Positions 37,940-52,241 of a DNA stretch of 64,000 bases are shown piece after piece. The stretch covers positions 14,756,001 through 14,820,000 of the forward strand of contig JAQFVV010000005.1 in the NCBI GenBank assembly GCA_028023455.1, read 5' to 3'. Both the position numbers and the translations under genes were made by a program. The notes beneath the pieces were generated by a model that was not told where the DNA came from, did no database searches, and saw nothing but the letters and a program-made list of their open reading frames with translations. How positions within the stretch are numbered: the first letter of the stretch is position 1; every line of letters begins with the position of its first letter. Origin of the DNA: Epiperipatus broadwayi (lineage: Eukaryota; Animalia; Onychophora).

Positions 37940-38263
37940 CAATGAGAATTGCCAATTCCTCAACAAGCTTTGGGATAAATGCTTAGCTAGAGAAAGCATT
38001 TAAAATATATCTGTCAGGACCTCCTCCCCAAACCTCTGACCATGGTTTTGTGCTCTGGAACTCCTCAGAGAGGTGCTAGGATAGAGCATGAAACCATGGT
38101 CAGAGGTTTGAGGGGGGGATCCTGACAAAGATATTTTAAATGCTTTCACTAGCTAAGCATTTATCACAAAGCTTGTTGAGGAATTGGCAATCCTCATTGT
38201 TTATAACCTACAAGCTTAAGAGAATAGGGGCATGTGATCTATGACTCTTATTTTGACTATTTA
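37940..38263. mobile_element. H4 inverted insertion with decayed HHR, tail and TSD
   Basis: Arms 37937-38056 and 38084-38202, ~60-nt tail containing CATGTGAT. TSD TGA(A/C)TATCTAAA at 37928-37939 and 38264-38275. HHR-like motif at 38061-38106: cct CAGAGA g GTGCT aggatag AGCAT GAAAC CATG GTC agagg. Confidence 0.78.
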
Positions 38264-38279
38264 TGACTATCTAAAATTT

Positions 38280-40255
38280 TGTAAAATAGTATGAAAAAGT
38301 TAATAATGATATAAGAAAATGTAATTGTAAATTAGCAAGGAAAGCTATTAAACAGAACAAAAATATAAAACAACACTTTAGTTATTGGTAAGAAACTTAT
38401 TTCTGCAATAAAAAGAAAATATGGAATTATTACTAAAAAAGAGAGATGGCGTCATGAAATGTTTGGAAGAGTTTTTTTAAAAATTATATAGCAATAAAGA
38501 ACAAAAAAAGAAAAACTATCCCCTACAATTTATATATATTCTGAATTGTCCGGAATTTTAAATAAAGAAGTAAGACATGAAATGAAATCTACGAACAAAA
38601 AAAAAGTTTCAGGTAATATTGGAATTAGAATCAATATTTTAAAAAAGTGAGGAAATAAAAAAGTTGTTGACAAATTTATATACCATATGTCCAAATGATG
38701 AAGATGTACCAGACGATTGGTAAAATGTGGTACTAATATTAATATTTTAAAAAAGTGATAAAGATGTTAGATGTTATCAGTCTATTATCAGTTTTATTCA
38801 AAAATTTTACTAAGATAATTGCAACTCACAGCAATTTTTTGCTTTTAATCAATCAAAAGAACAGGATGTAAAAATAGATTTAGCATAATGAATCACATCC
38901 AAGTATTGAGAAAAGTTATAGAGAGTAAAAATAAATATGAGTTGCCATTATGTTTTGGGTTTGCGAATTACAATTTAAATTATCATCATAGATTTCTAAC
39001 TATAAGATCTTTCCATTGACTCATGATAAATCAAAAGATTTTGCAAGTATTAATGTGTAATAAGAAATGTGGACTTAATCAGTGAAGCAATGAATAGCTT
39101 CACGCTCTCAGATCTAACCGCTTCAGCTTCACCTAATTATATAGAAAGTAGGTTGAAGTAAAGAGGGTTCCCTCTTTTTTTCCAAAATGTAAGCTTGTGG
39201 TTAAGACCTGTAGAGGTACCTACTATCGCATTTTATGTGCACATTCTTGAGGTTACAGCCTTAGTAAATATTATTTGTTAATTATGAAAAAGCATTTGTT
39301 TTGCATTTGATTCTATAAGCATGCATTACATTATCAAGATATAGACCAAGGATATTGTCTTATTCTGAATAATATTTATCAAAATCCAACAGCCATGATG
39401 AAATTATATAGTTATACTAAGAAGATAAACATTGAGAAGGGTATGGGATAGGATGAATTCATATGTTCAAAATGTTTTAAAGAAGTATTTTGTGAATTAA
39501 AAGTATGTGAAGATTATTTAAGTCTTCTAGATTTTGAAAATGATGCAATTGATTTGAAAAATAATGTTTCAGAACTTCAGAAAATAGTATAAGAATTATC
39601 AGTTAAAAGCAAAAAAAAAATGTAGGATTCAATGTTAAAAAAAACTATAAGAAATGTTTGATGGATTTCCCCCAAAAAAGAACATAAAAATTGATAATGA
39701 TGATAAACAGAAGTTAATAATTATAAATATCTTGATTAAATTATTAATACAGATCAAACATGGAATGAAATTAATCAGAGAATTAAACTTGGTTGGAGTG
39801 TTTTTGAGAAATAACTTAATATTAAAAGGAAATACCTATGTGTTTGAAAAGGAAGAATATTAATAAATGTATTTTATTAATTCTTAGTTATGAATACAAG
39901 ATTTGGACAGAAGAGCAATACATATACTTATAACTCAACAAAGTATGTTAAGAGTAAAGGAACAGATCAAAAATAAAATACATAGACAGTAAACACAAAA
40001 GTTAATTGATATCATTGAAAGAATTATGAGATTGAAGTGAAGCTGTGTTGAACATATTTTTAGAAGAAATGTTAGTAAATGAATGGTTGAAATTTTAAAC
40101 TGAATTCCACCAGAATAAAAAGAATCTAGAAGGAAACTGCATGTGAAATGAATGGATAATATAAGAAATTGCACTGGTGTGATATGGAGAAGTGAGGCTT
40201 GGAGAAACTGAATTGAATTTGGAGAGATTATCCTTCAGTGGATTGATAATGATCA
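38280..40255 (+). mobile_element. Decayed RTE-clade LINE (RT to 3' end)
   Basis: VPDDW, FSIMNHIQVLRKVIE..YELPLCFGFANY, LLDFENDAI..ELQKIV, EINQRIKLGWSVFEK, and a C-terminal W.D.I..W...W...GE segment ending at ~40250. Confidence 0.85.
39060..39295 (+). repeat. Diverged fragment related to the 27741-28276 family, inside an RTE remnant
   Basis: Colinear similarity to 28035-28240 (aatcagtgaag...cttcacgctc...taggttgaag...tgtagag). Confidence 0.55.
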
Positions 40256-43200
40256 AAAATGCGAATATTTTACTTACTAGACAATTTTTCCATTTTTGCT
40301 TTATAGATTTATAAAAAAATCACATACATGAATAATATATATGTATGATTAAGAGATTTTATCATCTGTGCTTCCATGTATATATAAGATAGTGTTTTCA
40401 GGAAGTTACAAGATTAGTAGACTAGCTTCTAATATAAATTGCCAATTACATATCCTTTTTAATTCTTAACTTATGTTAGCATCACCCAACCAAATGGTCT
40501 ACTTTCTATATATTGAACTATTAAATCATGGAAAAGCTATCCCATTTTAATTCCCTAATATTTCAAACACAGTGTAAAGACTAACAACTGCCTTTCTTTC
40601 TGAAGCTCTCTCTAATAATCAGTTAAATTGAGCCCACTATTTATAGTAGTGTGATGAAATTTATAAGCAAGATGATAATCGTAAATCTTTTTCTGTTCGA
40701 TTAATAACAAGATAATAATTAAATTATCATTGTACTATTTTTTATTGATAATTATTAAAACCAAAAATAAGTGTTAATTAAATAATTCCTTCTTAATTAT
40801 TTATGTAAAAATATATTATAAAATTAACTCTATAATTAATATACCATACATTACTATAAAAAAAAAAAAGCCTTATTTTGACAAAAGAATATGTTTTTAT
40901 TTATTAAATTAAAAATTTAGATTTTTGTCAAAATCAAAAAAGACAAAACATTTGCATTAATTAATGATCTTTTTAATTTTAAATAATTTATATTTCAAAA
41001 TTTAAATTATTCCAGATTTTATTTTAAATATTTATGTATGTATTGTTATGGATACCCCTAATATCCTTCCAATACTTGATTACACACCAATAAAGAACCA
41101 GCTGGTTTTAAAAGTGGTTTTAGTACAGTTATCCTTTCCAAGTATTGAGTGAAGTTATGGAAAGGGAAATGAGTATGGGGATTCGCTTTTTTTTGGGTTT
41201 TGTTTTTTTTTAAAAGATTTTTTTTCTAAACATTTTTTCTTGTTATCCATATTTTCTAAATTTTTATTTTTGAAATTTTTTTTTTTAAAATTTTTTAAAA
41301 AATGCAAAAAATTTATAGAAGGGGGTTTAAAAGGGGGGGGGGCTCTTCTTTCTCTGTGGGGTTTTGGGTGGGGATGGGGTGGGGGGTAATGTGACCAAAT
41401 TTGAATCTGAAAGTCGTAATAATAGCATTATTTATTAATTGCTAGATTAATAAATATTAAAGCACACACATTGACAAACCATTAATTACAGCATGCATTT
41501 TAAATCCCAACTTAATTATACTGTAAAGAAATATTTAAATTAAATTGTCAGACAAACACAATAACTAAACCTTTGGCAATTAACACTGTTAAATGTGTTA
41601 TGATTCAAACACAATATAACAATGCATGATAAATAAGATCTGACACATGAATGCAACCAAGAAATAAAAACTAATATTAAAGTAAAAAAAAAAAAAATCA
41701 AATAAAATTTTTATTGTTAACAAACTATATTAATATTTATTAAAAATGATGTCAACAATGGATTAAAATGATCATCATGAACTTGCTTGAGTTGAACAAT
41801 GAGCTTCTCCAAAAGAGATAAAAATTTATTTTCTGCTGAAGAATCTACACATTTTTATTTACATAGAGAATTTGAATTTAAAATTAAAAAAAAAAAACAT
41901 CGACCAATTTGGAGTGGGAATACTATTAAAAAAAACAATATTCAACTATCCGAGAAAGTGAGAATGAACATAGAGAATTAAAGTTAACTAAATAAGGAAT
42001 TCAAAATTAAAATCTTTGCAAGTAAATTCAAAGTATTCAAACTCCCAAAATATCGGTAATCCCCAGTTATAGATCGCAATATCTAGATTTGAGGTTATGC
42101 AATAATATAAAAAATATTGACATTCAAAACAAATCATTAAAACAAAATATAAATAATGATAAAAACAAATATGCATTACTAAGTGCAAAAAAGACTTCGG
42201 GGAAAGAAAGTCATCATCCATGGAGCAATGAATTGTCAGAGTCGGGATGGAATTGACTTATCACTCCCCACTATGAAATATCTAATTGATATGTAACAAA
42301 TAGATCTTATAACTCTCTACTTCAAAGCATAAATTCCAAGACCATCAAGGTTAACTTACCTGATGATGTTCTAGAACCCTCATGAGTTATCATCTATACT
42401 TGAAATGGATTAACATGGATTACTGGAATGATTCATTAGGACACTTTTCCTTATAAACTTTAAAACCAAGTTAAAATTGAAGTCATTTACTTTATTTCTT
42501 TGTGTATATATATATATATTCTAACCCAGTAAAAATGTTTATTATTAGAAGTTTATCTTTTTTTTTTATTTGTTATTTATGCACTTTTCACCCAGGACAC
42601 TAATTTTTCAGGTTGTTGTTAAGGCAACCAAAATAAAGCAACATATCCATTAATTTTCCAATATGATCTAAAATACTTTTCATATAATACAATTGTACAT
42701 TCAATTCTCTTAAGCCATGCCACGATTGTAATAACAACAATAATTGATCACTTATTAATTTAAAGAATAATTATAATAATATTAATCTCAGGGTTCTTTG
42801 TTTCATGTAAGGAAATGCTCGGCGGTATTGTGTTGTCGCATATGACTGGCATTCTGGTCGGCTATAGGAAACATTTATTTTACTTAAATTCAATGTGTCT
42901 TCATCTCTCATATCAACTGCTATATTATTTAAAGAGATGATAATTCTATTCAATAATGACGTATAATTTTGAATAACACAGACTTTTTTTCCAGAATCTC
43001 AGTCAGAATAATAAAAAGACAAGGGTGCTTTTTGTGTCCTTCCATCATCCATGACAACACAATAATATAACTAAGATTTATTACTTAGACAATTTAACTA
43101 AATGGGAATGGAATAATGTGCAACCAAAGTTAATGGTTTGGGAATAAATTCATTTTTTTTTTTTTTTTACACAAAGGTGGATGTTTAGTCTTAAGTTTTC

Positions 43201-46200
43201 AACTCCCTAAATAATTATCATTAAACTAAAATATAATGACATATTCCGATCTGCTCAACTTTATTTATCTGGTATATTAAGTTTTTAAGAATTTGGAATG
43301 ATTTCGGACTCAAGAAAAGGTTTTGCAAATATTGTGCAAACACTTATATTTAGCATATAAAAACAAAAAAAATGAATCTACAACAAATTTTAACAAGACT
43401 ATAATTTATTATTATCAAAAAAAAAAATATGAACATTTATTCAATAATCCCATAGTAATACAAAAATATAAAATATAACTGACATTAATCTGTATACTCT
43501 TTTGGTTATGGACTAGAGGTTACTACTTCTCCTGTATGCAATCATATGGATTGATTAACTAAAAGTACATTTCATTACCAATACATTGTTTATTAAATTT
43601 TGGTAACCTTGTAGAAGCTTTTATTCAAAATTATTGACTAACTATTTCTGTTTTTTTTTTTTTTTTTAAAAATGATTAATCCCATCATATGCAATACGCA
43701 AAATATTAAATTTATTTCTAATACATTTACTTTATTTATGGTCTTTAATGGGATAACCTATTCTAATTATAGGCCAGTTATCAGAAGTTACACTTACCAT
43801 CTTACATTTAACTTAATGCTAACTTAAGTTATGATACAAATTTCATTCATACGTATAATTTTAAATATGAGTATTATTTAATTACTAACCAGAATTAAAT
43901 ATTGCATTTGAATATTCCTTCAGTAAATAAGCGTTTTAAATTACGCAATTTTAATTACTTTCTCCATTGATTTACTTGTCAAATACTAGCAATATTTAGC
44001 AGCACAATACAGATATTGATCTTAGTTACTAACGCACTATTTATACTAAAGTGGATCTTGAGGAACTAACACCTCCAATATAACCTTTATCTTGCCCGAA
44101 CTTTCAAAATTAAGCACAATAATCAACACCTTCCATGGTGGAGCTATCTTTATTTTCACATGAGGAATATGGAATAACCACGAAGGTCTGTAAAGTAATC
44201 TACTACATTAAAATATTTTGGTGGTTTCTTGCCTCTTACTTGGGCATACAACGAACACACACCAAATACAATCCTCTCCTGGGATTTAAATGAATGAAGC
44301 ATACTAAATGCTAGATAAATTCTTGATCGTCCTATCTATGAGAATCGATCACTTGGGCTATAAACATACCCGAACATTATATTTAAAATCTTCCTCTCAT
44401 GGAAAACAAAGCTTTTGGGGAGATCATTTTTCATCCCACAAAATAAATACATTATAATTATTACCTATGCGAATATTAAGCATATACCAATGCTATATCT
44501 GGGCAGGATAAGTAAATACACTGATTATAATAAACTTATGTTACCGTGTATACTTTGATCAACATCTGAAATCAATGGACATCATAGAATAAAAGTATAA
44601 TAATTTTAATTTTAATAAAGGAACATTCAAAAATAGTTGGTAGCATACTATCTTAAACTAAATAAAGTGGATGTGTTATTTAAGAATAATTAGGAATAAA
44701 TTCCTCAATTAATACAGTATAAATTCGTTTCAAAACTTTAACAAGAAATATTTTGTTATAGCATTTTTTTTTTTTTTTAGTTACTTCTGATAATTTTCAA
44801 TATTTATTTTACCCCTTAAATATCTAAATATTTTTCTTTTACGTATCTAACATACAAAAATTTCTACCTACAATTGTATGTAATAATTAAAACATATTTT
44901 ATAGATTTTTTCTTTCGTGTTAAATATCAACTTAACCTATAATAATTATATTAAAACATACCTCTGTCATTACAAGGCTATTAAATATCACTTGACCATA
45001 CAGACTTTAACCTATGTGATATAACAAAAAAATACATATCATTTATAACTTAGTTTTAAACAATCATTAATTAACAAGTGCATACTCTCTCATTAGAAAA
45101 TGTTTTTCTGTTGAACAATTGAAGAGCTTTATCCAGTCGTATTTCATGAAGCAAGTTTAAAAACAATAAACGCATGGTATTATTTCCTTTAAATAAAAGT
45201 TTTCTCTTATTTTGTGCGTTTAATAAATTAGCTAAAGAAAAATATAGCAGAATTGAAGATTAATTCTTCACTTGAATTAAACTGCTACAATTTTGGGATC
45301 CATAGAAAATAAAATATACATATTCTAACATAACGAACAGTTGACGATAGACGATAAACATACACAATTCTTTTTTTTTTTTACTTTATTATTGACGATA
45401 CGTACAATTCATATTAGCTAGCTTACTTATGGACGGAAATGCGCAATTTTTCCGAGATTATTCTGATAATAACTGCAGCTGATTTACATGTATAGGAAGT
45501 TTTACTAACTCCAACTGATGTGTAATATAATATATCATTTATTTTTATCATTAAGTCACTAAGATATTTGGTTTTGTTCATACTTTAGGAATTATAAATT
45601 TTTTAACGGTAACTTCTCCGTAAGAATGCCCCTATATAACTCTTCCTATATTTACTCTGAGAAAGTTTATATTTTTTTTTTCCAAAAAAAATATACATGT
45701 GCATAATTTAATCTTATTTATCATTATTATTATTTCCAGACAATTCTTGGTGAATAAAACATATTTTAACGTATGTAACTACATTACTTGTAAAGGCAGA
45801 CAATATTGAGAAAGAGCGCGAAAATGTTTCTAGTTGATTTTCCTTGGTTTCAAAATATTTCTTTCACTTATTTTTTTTTTTTCTATACCAAGAAAATATT
45901 AACAAGTGATACAAAGTTACTAAATAATTATTTCTCATTTGGAAATCATTTATCTTCCTTAATTTAGACATAATAACACTTTTCGTGATTCCCTTAGTTA
46001 ATTCTGTCATTTTTGAACTTTAGCGCGAGACAATAAATTTTTAAGTATAAAAGGTCTTTAAATAGGTAGATGGCACAGAAAATCAGGACGTCTTATCAAA
46101 AAAATTTAGCCACGCATTATATTATTAAAATTTTACTTTGATTACATTTATTTCTGCAAAATAAAATGAAAAAATTGAGTTACCAAATTTCAGCACTGTT

Positions 46201-46796
46201 CCTTCCTTGAAAACTAAAAGCAGACTATATTTTTTTTTTTTTACTTTAGCGACCTCTTACAGAAAAATAATCATTTGATTATAACATAAACAAAAGAAAG
46301 GAAAACTTATTACAATCATATAGTTTTCGGTATTATTTACCTGGATTACAAAGTAATTTGACAATATAAAAAAAAATAATAATAAATACATTAAATTAAC
46401 AATCAGTGATGTATAATTCTTTAAACATTATTACCTTTTTTTTTTTTTAATTTTTTTTTTTTTAAAAATTACCAGAAGTTATTGTGCTTTATGATAAGAC
46501 ACTCATCCACTCCCCCCTCTACCCATCCAAAATCAATTACTGTTTAGCTTTTATACCATATTAATTTGCTCTAATTATTAATATCTCAATTAAATTATTC
46601 ATGTTCTCTCTTTAAAAATGACATTGAGTTATTAAATCTATTAGTTATTCACCCAAAACATGCCAAAGTGAGTGAATAGCATACTTTATTAATCCATTAT
46701 TACTATTGTTATTTTATCTTTTTATTTCTTTAAAGAATAGCATTGTTTTCCTGCAGAAATAATGCCAAGTAAACCAAGTGTCAATAACACTAGGTT

Positions 46797-46799
<3 letters not shown>

Positions 46800-46885
<86 letters not shown>
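46800..46885. repeat. (AT)n microsatellite, ~43 units
   Basis: Directly visible. Confidence 0.98.
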
Positions 46886-46887
<2 letters not shown>

Positions 46888-47886
46888 TTAATATAGGGTC
46901 AAAAAGGAGTAACATCAGTGTTGGCATATAACATAAAGAAGAAATATTTTTACCTTTAATGTAAGCCAAATAAAATATAATTTATGATGAGCTCTTTATT
47001 GCATACTAATCCAATCATCAAGGGGAAAAGTAAGACGTTATCTAATACGTATTTAATCCAAATATTTATATACTTACAACACATACATTTTTGTTTGTTT
47101 ACATTAATAGTTGTGTTAAATGTTTTCAATATATTTGATTAACTATCTATGTCATAAATGGTCTTTCTTGTCTATATCATGACTATTTCACATAGCAGGG
47201 CTCCCGACTCACTACAATGACAGATAGGAATCTAAGACACTCAATTAGTTAAAATAAATGAATTAAGAGTTTCAAATAATTTTAGAAAGTGAAAATCATT
47301 ATGGTAATTTTATACATGGTATAAAACTTATTTATGTTAATAGAGACATTGAGTGGCTATTTTTTGTGGGATCAGGGTTTAGATTTGGAAGCAATTATAA
47401 ACAAAAAATAACCATAAATGTCTTATTAAATGTTTTATAAATCTGTTTTAAAATTTTCTTTGTTAAAATATCAATCACTGTAAATATAGTTATTAAATAT
47501 ATTTAAATGTTAAATAAAACTCTTTGTATGTTTTTCTATAGTCAACTTTCAATTGGTCATATCTTCTCACACATCTATGAATATTTTATTTATTTGCATA
47601 TAATTTCACATCCATACCTATCTATATTTCAAGTGATATTAATATAACCTGAATTAGACAATCATGCAGAATCTCCATGGGTTCAAAACTTGGGATAATG
47701 AAAATGAAATGTGACATGGATGAGATAAATTAGGTATATAATTAATATTTGGTTGGTACTTAATCTCTTCTCTCCTAGGAATAACATCAATGTGTGTGTG
47801 ATACATATGGATACAAAGAACAAATATATACTGTTATTCATTGTGTTGACCTCACCAGCCTATTACCATACCAGAAAAGTCTGTTC

Positions 47887-50400
47887 TTACATACGGTGCC
47901 CAGCATGTGGCATGAATATCATGTATTAGTATCACACTTCATTATACATATAAAATATATCCAACTTCTGGTTAATTTGATTTTATATTAATACACAATT
48001 TTATATTTTAATCATAAAACAATAAAACATAAACATATTTTACAAATTTTCTGGATATCACAAATTGAACTTGGATATAGAAATTTACTAAGAATTTAAA
48101 ACACAAAGAAAGAATATTATAGTCAACAATTTAACTTGTGTTGAAAGGAAGAAATTATATACTAAGAGAAAAAGGTCAAATAAAACAACAATTCCTGTGA
48201 ATATAAAATTATATTTTGATAAGAATAGTAAAGTGATAAGCAACAATGAATATTATAGTATAATAAAAATCTTTATTACAGTTTCAAAAGTTAAAATAAA
48301 AAGTAGTATAAGAAAATTTGTTAAAATAAAGTATTAGAAAATTCACGATTATTAGAAGCCAAATTAAAATGTTGCAATTAAAAACAAGTAGTGAAAAATA
48401 AAATGAACTTGAAATACAAAGTAAAGTATATAAAGAAGGAATAGAGAATAATATTTTAGAGTATAGAAAAAGAACAGAACATAGGTGTATCTGGGTGGAC
48501 CATAGTATTTAATGCCCAAGTCCTCAGAACCATTAAAATTCTGGATGAGACAAGGGAAGAGAAAGGGAATGCTAATGATGGATCATTTAAATCAATGATG
48601 TTGATGATCTTCACCCAGATGAATAACAAAATATCCACCAATATGGATAATATGAGAGCAGATCAACAACAAATGTCAATCTATATGGACAATATGGAGG
48701 CAGATATGTCCACCAAGATAGAAAATGTATCTGAAAAGATAGTGAGAACAGATATCCAACAACAGATGGTGGATAGTATAACAGGTGATTTATCAAAAAA
48801 ATTACATAATTTAAAAATTGAATTGAAAGATGAAATGTCCCAAACACAGACTGACATTAATAACAGGATACAAAAAATTGAAAAGGTTACCAAAGAAAAA
48901 GATCTTAATTGTCCAGAAAGATTTATTGAATTCAAAGGAAAAATAAAAAATAAAATGGAAATTGGGTATATGGAAAAAAATATATATATGACAATTTTCA
49001 AGATAAAATTCATTGAGATCAAGAAAAATAAAATAAAAAATCACTAAAAAGATGAAAAGCATCCATGTAAAAATCAATAGTTACAAAAAAGATCAAGAAA
49101 CTCAGATAGATAATCATGAAAAAAAAATTTAATCAATAGAAAATGATTACCAATGTCTTAGCCTTAAACAAAACTTAATGGTACAGAAATAAAACTAAAT
49201 AAAAACAGCATCAAAATCTTATTAGAAAATCATATGAGTATATTGAATCAATTAGAAAATAAGAATACTTCAGTAGATCAAATAATAAAAACTTTGAAAA
49301 ATAAATATGATAAAAAATTACGAAAAATAAAAAACCATACACAAATTTCTCAAAAGATTAAACCTTCTGAGGATGAAGTAAAAACAACCACAAAGAAATT
49401 AAATTGCATATTGGAATCTTAATAGGATGGAAGAAAAGAAATATAAAATTGGAAATCAATATGAAATGAGAAACAAGAGTGAATACATACATATAACAAA
49501 AAATAGTAATGAAAATATTATTTGATCATATACTCAATGCCCAATCACCAATTAATGTCCAAAAAGAATATAGAAACACAGCCATATTCTCCAAACCTAC
49601 ACAATAAATCAATTTGTGAAGTTAAAAATGTTTCAAGATCAGAACAATAAAGCTCCAATTGAACATTTAAACCTATATTTTTCTGTTAATAACAATCTTT
49701 CAGAAAGTGAGAAGTTAATAGGGGTGTATAGCCATCTGCAAGGAAATGCTCTATTTTGGTAGGAGTCATTTTTTCTAGTGCCTAAGACATTTAATGAATA
49801 TTAAACATTGCTAATAAATAATTTTTAGAATAATGATCACCAAGAAGCATTGATAACAAATTTTGCAGGAAAAATATAGAAGTGGTCTGGGTGAAACACT
49901 TACTAAGCTTCTTAGAAGGCAGGTAGCTAAATTAAAAACCTTGGATACATACTATCTTAGCCAAAACCAAATAATTCAAATAGTAAAACATAACTTGCTC
50001 TAAAGATTGAGCAATCATTATTATGCACCAATACACAAAATATAGAACAGATTGCTGATATATTAAACAATGTTGGTACCAATAAGCAGAATATAATGTA
50101 TAAATAAACAGAAAAAAGAAAAAAAGAGATACCCATAAATGCTATTAATACAAAATGAAAAAAAGTAATAACAACCCCAACTATTGGCTAGGGTAAAACA
50201 ATAAAACTATGGTAGCATAGAAAATGAAATAATCAGCAATCTACATCAAGTATCATCCCCCAGTAATATAGAATCCACTAGTAGACAAAATCAACCTCTT
50301 TTTACTATTGGTTTAATGGTCATGCTATCCAGCATGCATTGATTTCTTAGTTATTTTAAGATCAAGAAACTGACGCACATTAAATCTTCATCTGTTTTTA
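47887..50400 (+). mobile_element. Second Gypsy-like remnant (PBS-like, gag, protease start)
   Basis: ...TTACA then CGGTGCCCAGCATGTGGC (47894-47911). Coiled-coil ORF 48595-49047. Retrotransposon-gag motif LQGNALFW at 49736-49759. NGHAI.HALIS near 50315 resembles an aspartic protease start. Confidence 0.62.
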
Positions 50401-51630
50401 TCCATCTTAGGCCTTTTAAACCATTTAATTCTTTAAATAACTCATTAATTGTATTTAATACAATTAATTGTATTTAATACAATATATTATGATTTTAATA
50501 AGCATGTAAATAATTTTAACTTACCAAATATATAACACTAAGAATATAAACCTATTCATGGAACAATTAGTGAATTTATATGATATCTAAAAAAGTAAAT
50601 GAACCTGTAAATAATGCACATCTTTTGTTAACAATGGCAATGGCAATCTATTATATTAGATAAGAGAAGATACTCTTTTAATTGACAAAATTGATTGATA
50701 TGAAAAAAATAAGCATTAGTTACAAGTTCACTTAAATAACTTTATATAGAGCTAAATGTAAATTATCTTAATTGTGGATTTGTATTTGTTTGTTCTCTAA
50801 ATAGGTTAATATACATATATGTACAATAAATTTTCATACCAAATAGAATGATATAAATAAGGTAAAACTCACCTTTTATACCAAATTAGAAAAACAATGA
50901 CATTACAGCTTTAACTATTAATACTTTCTGCAATATGCATACTAAGCAATTAATTAGGCATATGATGTGACATGGAATTATAAATCTCATGCATACAGAA
51001 ATTAATAGCATTATTACATAATTTTACATATTATCCAATACATGCCTGATAGATACAATATTAAGAGAAATATCAAGAATAATTTGGATTCTTTACAAAA
51101 ACTATTTCCAAATGTTATTATGTTACTTTTCTTTAAAATAACCACATATATCTGAGAAAAGCTAATAACTGGTTGTAAAATTAGCCATTAACTACCAAAC
51201 TGTGCACCTTAATGATGTAATGAGGTTTCATGATACAGCTCAAATTTAAAATAATAGAAAAAATTACATTAAAAGATAGCAAGCAATGGCAAATTATTGT
51301 TAATAATGATGATGATAACAAGATTTAGGTAATTTTTACAATCTACCTTCAGGCAGAGAGCTTAACATATATTTTCATCAATCTCCAATATGTTAGTAAT
51401 ACTTTCCAGAGATGACCAGCTGCCACAACTAATGGTACATTATGCAATAATATATGGATAGAAGCAATGGGCTACTTGTTGATAACATCTAAATCTGCCT
51501 TCATTGTAATAACAATTACTGCTGTATTATAATGAATTACAGCTAATGGAGTGGTTGCAAAGGATTTTTAGGAAGCTCAGCTTGGTTCTGCGGTATTCTT
51601 GTTTGATTCTGGAATTATTGCAAAAATGGG

Positions 51631-52241
51631 TAATAAATATGTTAAATACATATAAACCGGTCAAACTTCCTTTAATTAATTAAACAATCCTTTATAGCTA
51701 AGTGCTTTTGGGCAATATTTAAACCCATATTCGTAGCTAATTAACCGATGTACATTGTAATGCTTTTTTAATAATGTATAAATGTTTGCATAAAATATTC
51801 AAATATGCAAATTTCTAAACATTCCATGCCTTGGAGAGTAAAGTAAGCCTTTCTTTTGTTGATAGTGTTATTGTTATTGGCTATCAGATAGGTTTCCTTC
51901 ACTTTTCTTTTAACATCATCTCTCTCAGAACAAATAATGCTGGCTTCAGATGGTTCAAAAATGTGAGTGGTTGTAACTTAGTGCTCCCAGAATATTGACC
52001 TAGTTTCATTTTTATTTTGGGCTTTGTTATACAAATATTTGTGTTAATATATCCTGGTGGCAATATTAACCCATGTTTTCCCAATATATATAGCATTACA
52101 TACAATTTAAGGGCGAGTATTCCATAAACAGCCCCAAAAGCACTTGGATATAAAGGATTGTTTAATTAATTAAAGGAAACTTCACTGGTTTATATGTATT
52201 TAACATATTTATTATTTAATAATTTAACAGTGAATGAAATA
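51631..52241. mobile_element. Penelope-like element 3' fragment with inverted pLTR-like arms
   Basis: Arms 51631-51712 and 52133-52214; the spacer encodes a GIY-YIG C-terminus on the minus strand. Imperfect TSD aattatt(gc)aaaaa(t/c)gg at 51613-51629 and 52242-52256. Confidence 0.8.
51768..52106 (-). pseudogene. PLE GIY-YIG endonuclease C-terminal remnant
   Basis: Single frame with two internal stops: CNAIYIGKTWVNIATRIY*HK...SIFWEH*VTTTHIFEPSEASIICSERDDVKRKVKETYLIANNNNTINKRK, matching PLE motifs YIGxT..R..EH, SA..EH, H.F, R..KE..I..N.LN. Confidence 0.85.

Noticed and set aside
42360-42385. CTGATGA followed by the GTTCTAGAAC hairpin
   Set aside because: No GAAA, stem III or stem I partner.
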